Shown piece by piece: positions 1-9,300 of a DNA stretch of 64,000 bases (positions are counted from its first letter, which is position 1; the number at the start of each line of letters is the position of its first letter). The translations under genes were made by a program, and so were the position numbers. The notes under the pieces were generated by a model that saw only the letters and a list, made by a program, of their open reading frames with translations, did not search any database and was not told the DNA's origin. Source of the DNA: an uncultured Candidatus Saccharibacteria bacterium (GTDB lineage Bacteria; Patescibacteriota; Minisyncoccia; Phycocordibacterales; UBA2100); contig CAZWFX010000005.1 of assembly GCA_964633425.1 (NCBI GenBank), positions 1,750 through 65,749 on the forward strand, written 5' to 3'.

Positions 1-278
1 ATTCCGAATGCGCTGGTAGTCGGATCAAATATGAACTGGATCGTGCCGCCAGCCGGTGTAGATGAGGCCGTGGTGTATCTAAGGATGTGCTTAGAAGCTA
101 CACCGAGGTCGGAATCGTACAGCGTATCGCTGATCTGCGTGACCTGTGCCGCATCTGCATGCTTGGTAAGCATCGGTGCTCCTGTCGCCCAGAGAAGCGT
201 CGAGATGATCAGAATCATCGCGAGCGGAGACGACAGGACGGAGGCCATCGACTGCTTACTTTGTTCAAATACGTTCAT
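1..278 (-). CDS. Secreted surface protein, N-terminal fragment (gene runs off the left edge)
   Basis: Open-ended minus-strand frame, not in the ORF track. ATG at 278-276 reads MNVFEQSKQSMASVLSSPLAMILIISTLLWATGAPMLTKHADAAQVTQISDTLYDSDLGVASKHILRYTTASSTPAGGTIQFIFDPTTSAFG with no stop down to position 1. It has a hydrophobic signal-peptide-like core. Plus-strand ORFs 31..282 and 87..293 look like antisense shadows. Confidence 0.5.
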   Translation of the reverse strand, partial: MNVFEQSKQSMASVLSSPLAMILIISTLLWATGAPMLTKHADAAQVTQISDTLYDSDLGVASKHILRYTTASSTPAGGTIQFIFDPTTSAFG

Positions 279-527
279 ATAATAGTGAACTAATTCGATT
301 TTTTAACTGCTTTGTACTAATAGGCGTATCTATAGTTCGATAAGAGAGAAATACGCGTCCACCTGCAATTGCTCGACCAATGCAGCTAGAAACGTACCGA
401 ACCCACAAAACACGCCTGTGTAAAGTATACGGTATCGTATTGACAAAGCCTCTGATATCAAGCCAAACGATGGGGATAACCGCTTAAAACCTAGGTTCCA
501 ATCGTAAGCGGTCCGTGGAGGACTGTC

Positions 528-1844
528 TTAGCGACTTTCCGCCGTAACGGTCGACGTTGCAGTCGACTTGAGTTCATGGATCTCGAAATCCCGTTGCGGA
601 ACCAAAACCTTGGCTAAGTAGAGCCACGTACCACCAGAAATTACGATGACGAGCAGTACAAAGACAAAGAAGAGGCGGTATTTCGCAAAGAAGCCGCCAA
701 TAGTCATCGGCTCTACATAGCCTGGGGTCTCGAGGCGCATCCGCTGTGCAGGAGCAGCCCCAATGGATCGCAGATCCACGACCCCCTCTTTGATCGGCTG
801 CACGAGCGCTTGGAGCGTCGATACGGGCTCGCGCGACGCGATGCGGCGATCGGGAACATCCGGATGGTCGGTAATGCCGAGATGCGCCCGCTCAAGAGAG
901 AGCGCGCGGCGAATGTAGCGGCGAATAAACCAGGTCATCAGGAGGACGATCGCTATAATAGTGCCGATCGTGATCGCGGCCGGCACAACCGGAATTACCC
1001 AGAAATACGTCGTTGCCGACGTGTTTTGCTTTTCGTCGTCGCCGTAGTTGAGGGTTACGACAGCGCTGTAGCGACCGATATCAAACGAGTTCTCCTCGCC
1101 ATTCCACGAGAACTCAAACTTCCGGATCGAGCGAGGCAATACGTTGCCGAACGTGCTCTTTTCGTTTATCAGCACCTGTCCCCGTTCTTTACCCCACATG
1201 TTGTAGATCGTGATCGAACCCTGCGGTCGAAGATGCGTGTTCCCCGTGTTCTCAAATCGCAGCGCAAAGCGCGCCTCCGGGCGCTGGTAGAGCGTTTTCT
1301 CGGGTGTAAATTCCCGAATGCGACCACTCTCGATGATCTCGCCCTTAATACGAACGAAAAGCAGCGATGTGACGAGACTCGAGACTTTCATGTGAGAGCC
1401 TTTGATCTTGTCCGGTCCTTCGTACGGACCGACCATGATGGCGGCGTAGTGCCCTCCGGGGTCGGCATTTTCGGGCGTATGAACGGTAAACTCGATCTGG
1501 CGGCTTTCCCCCGCAGGTATCATGATCGGATCTTTGGATATTTCGATCCACGACCCGAGTGAACTCCCCGATGATGATCCGTTCGCGAACGATTCGATCA
1601 ACGGTACAAAGGTCGCCTGACCGGATTCCCCCTGCGTTTCAAAATCAACGACCTGCGCCGCGTACTCCATATCGTAGGAGTTATTGTTTACGACTTTCAC
1701 ATTACTGGACCAGGTATCGCCCGGATTCAACGAGAGCTGAAACAGCGGCGGTGTAACGGTGACCGACAACGATTCTTGTGCGAATGCCGGCAGTGCGCCG
1801 GCGATCACAACAAACGCGAATAGTGCGATGAAGCGCTTTACCAT
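528..1844 (-). CDS. Membrane-anchored cell-surface protein with two beta-rich domains (CscA / DUF916-DUF3324-like topology), paralog 1
   Basis: 438-aa ORF with signal peptide MVKRFIALFAFVVIAGALPAFAQE. Domain motifs LSVTVTPPLFQLSLNPGD and FENTGNTHLRPQGSITIYN. TM segment VIPVVPAAITIGTIIAIVLLMTWFI followed by RRYIRR. The family name is pattern recognition only. Confidence 0.8.
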   Translation of the reverse strand: MVKRFIALFAFVVIAGALPAFAQESLSVTVTPPLFQLSLNPGDTWSSNVKVVNNNSYDMEYAAQVVDFETQGESGQATFVPLIESFANGSSSGSSLGSWIEISKDPIMIPAGESRQIEFTVHTPENADPGGHYAAIMVGPYEGPDKIKGSHMKVSSLVTSLLFVRIKGEIIESGRIREFTPEKTLYQRPEARFALRFENTGNTHLRPQGSITIYNMWGKERGQVLINEKSTFGNVLPRSIRKFEFSWNGEENSFDIGRYSAVVTLNYGDDEKQNTSATTYFWVIPVVPAAITIGTIIAIVLLMTWFIRRYIRRALSLERAHLGITDHPDVPDRRIASREPVSTLQALVQPIKEGVVDLRSIGAAPAQRMRLETPGYVEPMTIGGFFAKYRLFFVFVLLVIVISGGTWLYLAKVLVPQRDFEIHELKSTATSTVTAESR

Positions 1845-1846
1845 AC

Positions 1847-3190
1847 TCAGGAACCGTTCTTTAGGTTGATGACGTGACCTTCTTTGCGCGGAGTCGGCGC
1901 GGTCATCTGGGTGGATGTGAGATCGATGGTCGCCTGTGTGCGCGGCGCACTCGTACGAGCTGCGGGTACCGGCGCTCGGACGGGCTCCGGCACTGGAACG
2001 CGTGCCGGTGTCGGCTGTTCGGACACAACGGGCGTTGCCGCTACCGAAACGGGTGCCGCTGCTTCTTGAGACGCCTTCTTCTTGAAGAAACGGAAACGCG
2101 AAAAGAATCCGCTCTTTGTAGGCGTATCTGCCTTCTCTTCCGTAACAGGTGCAGGCATGATCGCCGCAATAGGCGCAGCGTTAACCGGAGTGATCATTCC
2201 GGGCGGTGCAGAGAGCGCTGCGGCACCGCCGTGCATCGAAGCAAAGCGTTGCATGTGTTTGTGCTCGAGCCACCGGTGGAAATACAGCGCCGAGATGATG
2301 ATCGCGATAATGCTTACGGTCAGAAGCGCAAGCAACTGCTGCCACGGAATGATCCAGAAAAAGACCGTGTCCTGCAGCGTACCGTTCTGGTTGTTGCCGT
2401 AATCGATATTCAAAAACGCCTTGAACTTTCCGAACCCCTGCGCACTGCTCCACGCCGAGGCCAGCTGCGCCTTTTGTTCGGGTGTAAGGCTTTTTCCCTC
2501 GGCGTTCACGGGGATCGATGCGACCTCCCGACCCTTGCGGTCGTAGATCCTGATCTCGCCCTTCGGTTTTAACTCCTGATTGCCGATGTTTTCAACCTGG
2601 TAGTTGAACAGCACATCGTCTCCGGAAAAAAAGAATCCGTCGGTCATGAATTTATTCAATTGCATCGACTCCTTGATATCGGCCTGGACCTCTGTATTTA
2701 CGGTCACTACCGAGAGCGGGTTCTGTGTTTCGGCCCCCTCGCGTGCACTCCCCTCGTAGAACGAAATGTCGGCGTGGTACGTATCCGGGAGGGCATTGAG
2801 GCTCACACGTATCACAAACGGCACTTCGCGCGTCTCTCCGGGACTCAACTCGATGACTCCGCGCGATATTTCGATCCAATTTGCGAGTGAATCCTGCCGA
2901 TCGGTTGCATCCTGCGCGGAAACAAATGCTTCCTGCCCGTCTTTCGGCTTCACGTTGTTAACCGACGGATAGAGCATGATCTTTCGCTGCGATGTATTGG
3001 TGAGCGTGATCGTTTCTTTCAGGATATCGCGCGCCTTTGCTTTTTCGTCGATCACGACCGGACTCACGGTCATAGTTGCTGCAACCTGCGCGTGAGCCGA
3101 AACCGGCGTGATGACAGCGAATGCGAGCGATGCCAGCAGAAAAAATCCGATCCTCAATCGCTGCGTCATAGAGTTCGTTCCGCTTAGCAT
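1847..3190 (-). CDS. Membrane-anchored cell-surface protein, paralog 2 of the 528..1844 product
   Basis: 447-aa ORF separated by 2 nt from the next gene. Signal peptide ends PVSAHAQ. Same layout as paralog 1 (MTVSPVVIDEKAKARD, VENIGNQELKPKGEIRIYD), TM LLALLTVSIIAIIISALYF and an Ala/Pro-rich tail. The start could instead be M8 (3169). Confidence 0.8.
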   Translation of the reverse strand: MLSGTNSMTQRLRIGFFLLASLAFAVITPVSAHAQVAATMTVSPVVIDEKAKARDILKETITLTNTSQRKIMLYPSVNNVKPKDGQEAFVSAQDATDRQDSLANWIEISRGVIELSPGETREVPFVIRVSLNALPDTYHADISFYEGSAREGAETQNPLSVVTVNTEVQADIKESMQLNKFMTDGFFFSGDDVLFNYQVENIGNQELKPKGEIRIYDRKGREVASIPVNAEGKSLTPEQKAQLASAWSSAQGFGKFKAFLNIDYGNNQNGTLQDTVFFWIIPWQQLLALLTVSIIAIIISALYFHRWLEHKHMQRFASMHGGAAALSAPPGMITPVNAAPIAAIMPAPVTEEKADTPTKSGFFSRFRFFKKKASQEAAAPVSVAATPVVSEQPTPARVPVPEPVRAPVPAARTSAPRTQATIDLTSTQMTAPTPRKEGHVINLKNGS

Positions 3191-3222
3191 AACAAGGATT
3201 AGAGCTGCTTTTTATGCACAAC

Positions 3223-4569
3223 TTAAAAGACGGGGGTAACAATATAGAGAATCGCTCCCTGATATGACCCTGCGTCCTGCAAATCATTGACTTCGATCTT
3301 GTAGATGATGTCCGTCGTCTCGTCCGTCGCCGGACCGGAACCGAACGCGACCTCGGTCGGAACCGATGTGAATTTTGCAAACGAATCATCCGCGGCAAAC
3401 CGTGTGGAACCTCCTTCGAGCACATCTTTTCCGGTGTGGTAGCCGTAACATCCGGTCGACGTAGACGTACAGCCCGTACTCCAACCTAGCGGCGCGTCGT
3501 TCGTTGCTATAAAAGGAGAGATCTCTTTCGACGTGGCGCTCAGGAGTCCCTGTCGCTGGTATGTGTACACCTTGTATCCTGACCCTGCGTTCGTGGATAC
3601 CGTAAGTCGATGCGCAGCGATCGTCGGCGCTCCGAGCGTAAGCGTTCCGAATCCGACCGTAGTCGGCGACGTCGTTACATCGGTCACCACACCTTCCGTG
3701 GATGTTCCCGATGCGAGTCCCCCGATCGAAAAGGTCAGCGTGCCGCCTGCGACGGTGAGGCTCGGGTATGTTGCGCCCGTGTTCAATCCAAGCGGAGAAC
3801 CTGTTTCTGCGTCGACGAGACGGAAAAAGTACACCGTACTTTGCGGTGCGTTTGATTGCTTGATCGTAAGGTCGTATTCACGACGCGTACTCGGCCAATG
3901 GAAAAAGAGCGACGTCGAGGTGCCCGACTCGTTATACGTACCGCATCCGTCTCCAACACCGCCGGAGCAACTCTGCGAATCTGACAACAAATTAGACTGG
4001 ACAGGCTGATTGTCGGTGCCGCCTCCGTCTGCATAGCACCATGTCGTCGTGCCGCAGGTGCCCTGCTCGCCCACAAACGAAACTCCTTCGGAAAAATCGG
4101 ACGATGTCGCGAATTGCAGTCGCAGTTTTACATGTGTGACGCCGGCACCGCTGTCGTCCTTTACGGTGATGCGAAGTTTCAACGGATCGTCGTAGCCCAC
4201 GGCGGACGGGGCGACGTTTTCCGACGCAAATGGGATCGTCGGTTCATCGTTCACTGAATCGTCGTACCAACGCCAGTTCTGCGTGACGAGCGGAGTTGTA
4301 TCAGCCGGATACAAATACCCACCGGCGAGCAGGAAGTGCGTACTCTGAGATTCCCCGTCGGCAATAGGCTGCAATGTGCCGAACTGTTTGAAATTCGACG
4401 TTGTGGAGTATCCGCCAAGCTGCGTAAAGCCCGAGTCATTGAATTGAAAGTTCGAGCTCGACAGTTGGTCTGCAAACACGTACGACGTTGTCAGCGCACA
4501 CAGCACCGCCGCGACGAACGCGCCGATTGCTTTTCGCTGTGTACGGGAGACATACATATTATTGTGCAC
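3223..4569 (-). CDS. Secreted Ser/Thr/Gly-rich beta-type surface protein (possibly WxL-like C-terminal domain)
   Basis: 448-aa ORF with signal peptide ending TTSYVFADQ. Contains the segment TVGFGTLTLGAPTIAAHRLTVSTNAGSGYKVYTY and ends AGSYQGAILYIVTPVF. Lies in the same operon as the two anchored paralogs. Confidence 0.75.
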   Translation of the reverse strand: MHNNMYVSRTQRKAIGAFVAAVLCALTTSYVFADQLSSSNFQFNDSGFTQLGGYSTTSNFKQFGTLQPIADGESQSTHFLLAGGYLYPADTTPLVTQNWRWYDDSVNDEPTIPFASENVAPSAVGYDDPLKLRITVKDDSGAGVTHVKLRLQFATSSDFSEGVSFVGEQGTCGTTTWCYADGGGTDNQPVQSNLLSDSQSCSGGVGDGCGTYNESGTSTSLFFHWPSTRREYDLTIKQSNAPQSTVYFFRLVDAETGSPLGLNTGATYPSLTVAGGTLTFSIGGLASGTSTEGVVTDVTTSPTTVGFGTLTLGAPTIAAHRLTVSTNAGSGYKVYTYQRQGLLSATSKEISPFIATNDAPLGWSTGCTSTSTGCYGYHTGKDVLEGGSTRFAADDSFAKFTSVPTEVAFGSGPATDETTDIIYKIEVNDLQDAGSYQGAILYIVTPVF

Positions 4570-5029
4570 TGCCGGTTATCGGCCCGACCTCAATGATCTT
4601 GTCGATCGACGGCCGATACAGTATCGCCTGCTGCGATACGAGGTACATAAGGACCTTGTCGCCCACTGCTGCGTTGCGGAAGAACATCTGCCCCTCGAGC
4701 GCGTGCAGATCGCTCACTGTCGCGAGCGTCGGCGTTTCGTTCTCCGGCAGGAGCATGTGCTCGCCGACGTCGGCAACCAGAGACTTCATTTCGTATTCGG
4801 TACCGCCAAAAATCGCTCCCCACGCCTTCGTGATACCGAATATAACGAGTATCAGCACAATAAGCGCAATCGCACCTGCCGCGACCAGCATCACGAGCTT
4901 TTCGCGTGACCGTTTCGGCTGCATACGCGCACGCGGAAGATCGGTATGCGTCTCCGTGCGCGGTGCATTCGGCATACGAGGGTGTTCGTATTCCGGACGG
5001 GCGGCATGTTTACGGAGATCGATCGTCAT
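4559..5029 (-). CDS. Single-pass membrane protein, unknown function
   Basis: 156-aa ORF with a basic N-terminus and TM LVMLVAAGAIALIVLILVIFGITKAW. It overlaps the downstream gene by 11 nt. Competing plus-strand ORFs are low-complexity Arg/Ser-rich shadows. Confidence 0.65.
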   Translation of the reverse strand: MTIDLRKHAARPEYEHPRMPNAPRTETHTDLPRARMQPKRSREKLVMLVAAGAIALIVLILVIFGITKAWGAIFGGTEYEMKSLVADVGEHMLLPENETPTLATVSDLHALEGQMFFRNAAVGDKVLMYLVSQQAILYRPSIDKIIEVGPITGSAQ

Positions 5030-5034
5030 AAGCC

Positions 5035-5439
5035 TTAGCGCTTGGCGCTTTCGATGGACTGCACGACGCGCGAGGAGTCTTTCATGTTCTCCCAGAACGA
5101 GATGCTTTCTTTGCGAATATAAATGGTGTCCTCCGGACCATGCAGTTCACCGCCCAGTTTTACGAGGTTGAGATTGGACTGTTCCAGCTCGCTTGCGGAT
5201 TTAAGGTAATACACGTTGCTCAAGGTGACGTATCCGTTGCCGACATCGGACAACTTCCCGAAATACACCTGCCCTCCCGTAAGAAATAACGCCTGCCATT
5301 TCGATGCGGGCACAGGAGGGAATGAATCAGTTGCAGGCGTGCCGACTCCCATGAACGTAGACGAGAGCCACACTGCCGTAACCGCGATGAGCGCGTACAG
5401 AATCCCTTTTACCAGCGTCTTCATGATTGTGTGGGCCAT
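5035..5439 (-). CDS. Small N-terminally anchored protein, unknown function
   Basis: 134-aa ORF with TM GILYALIAVTAVWLSSTF followed by a soluble domain (QALFLTGGQVYFGKLSDVGNGYVTLSNVYYLK). Tightly packed in the operon. Confidence 0.65.
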   Translation of the reverse strand: MAHTIMKTLVKGILYALIAVTAVWLSSTFMGVGTPATDSFPPVPASKWQALFLTGGQVYFGKLSDVGNGYVTLSNVYYLKSASELEQSNLNLVKLGGELHGPEDTIYIRKESISFWENMKDSSRVVQSIESAKR

Positions 5440-5445
5440 AGATGT

Positions 5446-6363
5446 TTAATTGCTTCTATTAATAGAGATCTCCGTAAGTCCCGATGCCGGGGTCCACGAA
5501 CCGCTCTCGCCCTGCTCGCCGATCATCAGGTAGTACGTGCCGTTCGGAAGCAGAGCCGGCAGTCTATCTATAGAGTACGAATACGACCCGTTTTCGCAGG
5601 AATATGCGCGATTGACGATCGCTGAGCGCGGATCATTTTCGTAGTCTGTCTGATTCTTAAACAGCAGTACGACGAAGTACGTGCTCGCACACGAACCCGA
5701 GACTGTCATGATTCCCGTTTCAGGATCAACCGCTGTCGCGACCGGCACTGTGACCGGCACTATACCGATTGCCCGCGCTTTCTTTGTCGGGATTGTTTTA
5801 CCAGAAATAGCGAGGACATACTCGGGGTCGAGTGTGTCGTTGGCGTCTTTGAGCGGTACGAATTCCTCGCCGACCGTTTCTACAACCGTGGTAAGCGTCT
5901 CCGCAACAATCGTAAGTTCTTCGGGTGGGGGCATCGGAATCTCCTCCGGTGTTTCTACCGGGGTTTCCTCCGGCACGACATTTTCGGTCGTTTCCACGAG
6001 TTCAATGACTTCGATTGTGGGTTCGGTCGTCGTAGCCTCCTCCACGACTAGAATCTCGCTCTCGGTACTCGTACCCATCTCCGGGTTTTCCGTTCCCTCG
6101 AGCACATCGCCTGTTACTGATTCTTGCGCCGGAGCTGTTTGCTGAACCGACTCCTGCTCCGACGAGACTTCGGGCACGATCGGCGCTTCGGTCGACGCCT
6201 CGTCAGGGATCGCAGGCACTTCCGCCGTCGCAGTCGTCGCTTCAACCGGGACGACCGGTTCCACCACCTCGGGTGTTGTTTGTGCAAACGCGACCATTGG
6301 CGAGAGCAGCGAAAGTGAGAGCGCGAATGCAATTCCTTTGGTAACGAATGATTTTATAGTCAT
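5446..6363 (-). CDS. Secreted acidic Glu/Thr/Pro/Val-rich protein with a small globular C-terminal domain
   Basis: 305-aa ORF with signal peptide ending SPMVAFAQT, a long E/T/P/V low-complexity stretch and a Cys-containing C-terminal domain (VSGSCASTYFVVLLFKNQTDYENDPRSAIVNRAYSCENGSYSY). Confidence 0.7.
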   Translation of the reverse strand: MTIKSFVTKGIAFALSLSLLSPMVAFAQTTPEVVEPVVPVEATTATAEVPAIPDEASTEAPIVPEVSSEQESVQQTAPAQESVTGDVLEGTENPEMGTSTESEILVVEEATTTEPTIEVIELVETTENVVPEETPVETPEEIPMPPPEELTIVAETLTTVVETVGEEFVPLKDANDTLDPEYVLAISGKTIPTKKARAIGIVPVTVPVATAVDPETGIMTVSGSCASTYFVVLLFKNQTDYENDPRSAIVNRAYSCENGSYSYSIDRLPALLPNGTYYLMIGEQGESGSWTPASGLTEISINRSN

Positions 6364-6385
6364 ATGGTTTTCAAAATATTATATG

Positions 6386-9300
6386 TTATCGATCGGTCTC
6401 TATATAAATTCGATTGATGCCAATTCGTGCAGCGTTTGCTGCGGTGTTTGCAGCATTACTCATACATGCGTGTGCTGCCATCATCGTCGTATTTACAGGC
6501 AAGTCAGTCGCTATTGATCCATCTGCAATTTTGGTGCCGGTATTGACGTCGTCCATCTGCCAATACACAACAGTGTCATTTGGTTTTGCAAACAGATAGA
6601 ACGCATACCCATTGTTTGTCGCGAGCGCGGGCTGTCCTGCAATCGTCACCACCGTTGAAGAGCCGGTGTTGTCATTGGTGATCAAAGAGATAGACGTACT
6701 CGCGGCATTGATTGCAAATCCGATGGTATTGAGATGATTTGTCAGCTGCTGGGTACATACAGCGGTAGCGGTTGCGGCAGAGAGCCCTACAAACAGTCGA
6801 TCGCCGGCTGTCCACGTCTCCAAGCCCACTCGGGCCGCAAAGAAGAATCCTCCTTGCCCGGTCGTGCCGCCTCTGAAGAACATCGCTTCCGAACGAGTCC
6901 CCACCTGCTGGTTTAGCGTCGTCACGACAGAGGGAAACTGAGACCGACGCTGCGTCGTGTAAAAATTCGTTGTTGTCGGCAAAACAATGACAGGTGTACC
7001 GGAGTTTCCGCCGACTGTACCAGTCCACACACCGGCAGCTACTTGCGGCGTAAAGTACACAAGATTGTTCTGCCAAATTGCTGCTTGGAACGGAGTATCG
7101 ACTCCCGATGGTCCAACCCACTTCGGCACGGTACGCCCGCCGATTTCCTTCGCATAAATATTGAGTTCGCCTGAAGGTGGTGCAACAGGATCGGTAGTCG
7201 TTGAAAGCGAGAGAATACCCATACCGTTTACTGCAAACATGGTGCGGCCCGTGCTCGATGCGATAGTGAGAAGATCAGTGGTCTGCGTTGTGGATGTGCC
7301 GGTAAGCACGAGACCTGCCGTCGGAATCGACCACGTGAATCCGGCGTTCGCTGTAAACGAACCGTCGATGTTTCGGTATTGCACATTACCTGTGGAGCTT
7401 GCCGCCTGACCGCCGCACGTTACCCAGCCGCCGTTGTAGCAGCGGAACTCGCCGATATTCGAGTTGAAATACATCGATCCGTCGATACCCGTCGGGTCAC
7501 CCGCCGTGTTCTTCGTGTCGAGCACTAGGAGCGACGGGTTCGATCCGCCGGTGCCGAGCGTGACCCGGTTCGTCGACGGTGTGATCGCGAGCATCTGAGC
7601 GGTCGTGCTACCGAATGTGAGTCCCGAATTACCCTGCAGTGAAAGTACGTTGGACGACGTTGCAGCGATCGTGCGTGCGTAGAACTGTGTTGCCTCGAGC
7701 AAGCTCGAGGTCGCATTTCCGAACTGCTGCAAGCCTGTCCAAAGATTCGGATTGGAAAGGTTCAGCGAGATACCGACGTTGCCGGCGTTCGGGTTCACGG
7801 TCAGGGTCGTGTTGGTAGCGCTCACCGAGTTGACTGCACCGCTGATGCACACACCGTTCATAGCGAAGCATCCGCCCGTAAGGTTGATACCCTGTGAACC
7901 CGTGGACGTGGCCGAGAAGTTGAGTCGTGTTGCACTCACCCCTCCCGAGAAGGTCGATGTCGAGTTCGTGCCCGTAACATTGATGACACCGGCGATGGTC
8001 GATGTCCCCGTTGATCCGCCCTGCAATATCGTGCCGTTCGCTGCGCCGATAGAAAGCTGTTGCAATGCCGAGATCGCGGTCGTTGATGCGTATGGTAGCT
8101 GAGAAGCCGTATTGCTTGTCGCGTTAAAGCTCGACGCAGTGGGGGTTGATGATGCGACGACCGTCCCCTGCCCGTTAGTCGCAAGCAGTCCGTTACGAAT
8201 ATTCGAGATCCACAGGTCGGTCGTGGATGCGATGTTGATGCCCGTAATGCTGTTTGCAGCAGCGGCAACGGATCCCGTGAGTGAGAAGCCCGCGAGTGAA
8301 CCGAAGCGCGCAGATGTCGAGAAGAGGTTCGTCGAGGATGCGACCCCGGTAAAGAGCGACGTGGTGGTAGCACCGGTCGCCGTGATGTTCGCGAATGCGT
8401 TCACACCGATGAACGTATTGTTCTTGTAGGTCGTCGGCACCGTTGTTGATGACTGCATGTAGTAATCGGTCGATGACGTCGAGAAGAAATAGCCCTTATC
8501 AAACAGCGCGAGTGTGCTGGTCGAGAGTCGGCTGTTAAACGAATTCCAATCGGTGGACGAAAGGTAGCCGTTTTGTGCGGCGCCGGACTGTGTGAGCGTG
8601 AGGATGCCGCCGTTGTACGAGAGCGGTCCGGAGAATGTGGTCGCCTGCACTGCGCCGTTCACACCGGATCCGAGTAGACCATTCGAGATACCGACCACCA
8701 GGTTCGTGGTCGATGCGATGCCGGTCGAGATAACAGTGGTGGTTGCGCCGGTGGCAGTGATGTTTTGGAACGAATTCGTACCTGTGTAGGTGTTGTTCTT
8801 GTATGTGGTAGGAACAGTCGTCGACGACTGCATGTAGTAGTTCTGCGACGTGGTCGAGAACGACGCCCCCTGATTTTGTGACGTAAAGTACGCAGCCGAC
8901 GTTGTAGAGAACGAGAGTCCGAGGGTCGAGAAGTACGATGCCGAGGTGGTCGAGAAGAAATTATTCTGCGATTTCCAGTAGTCTGTCGATGTCGTCGAGA
9001 ACGCGAGGCCCGATGCCGCAAATACCGATGCGGATGTAGTCGAGAAGAAGAAGCCTTTGTCGATGAGAGCAAGCGTCGAGGTCGACAAACGGCTATTAAA
9101 CGAATTCCAATCCGTCGATGAAAGGTAGCCGTTTTGTGCGGCGCCCGACTGTGTGAGCGTAAGGATGCCGCCGTTGTACGAGAGCGGTCCGGAGAATGTG
9201 GTCGCCTGCACGACTCCATTTGCACCCGTACCGAGCAACGCATTGGACAGGCCCGAGACGACAAGATTCGTCGTTGAGGCGATGCCGGTCGAGATAGCAG

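Noticed and set aside
479-512. Hairpin ACCGCTTA-N18-TAAGCGGT just downstream of the 528..1844 gene, considered as a terminator
   Set aside because: It has an 18-nt loop and no T run on the minus strand, so it is not convincing as a Rho-independent terminator.
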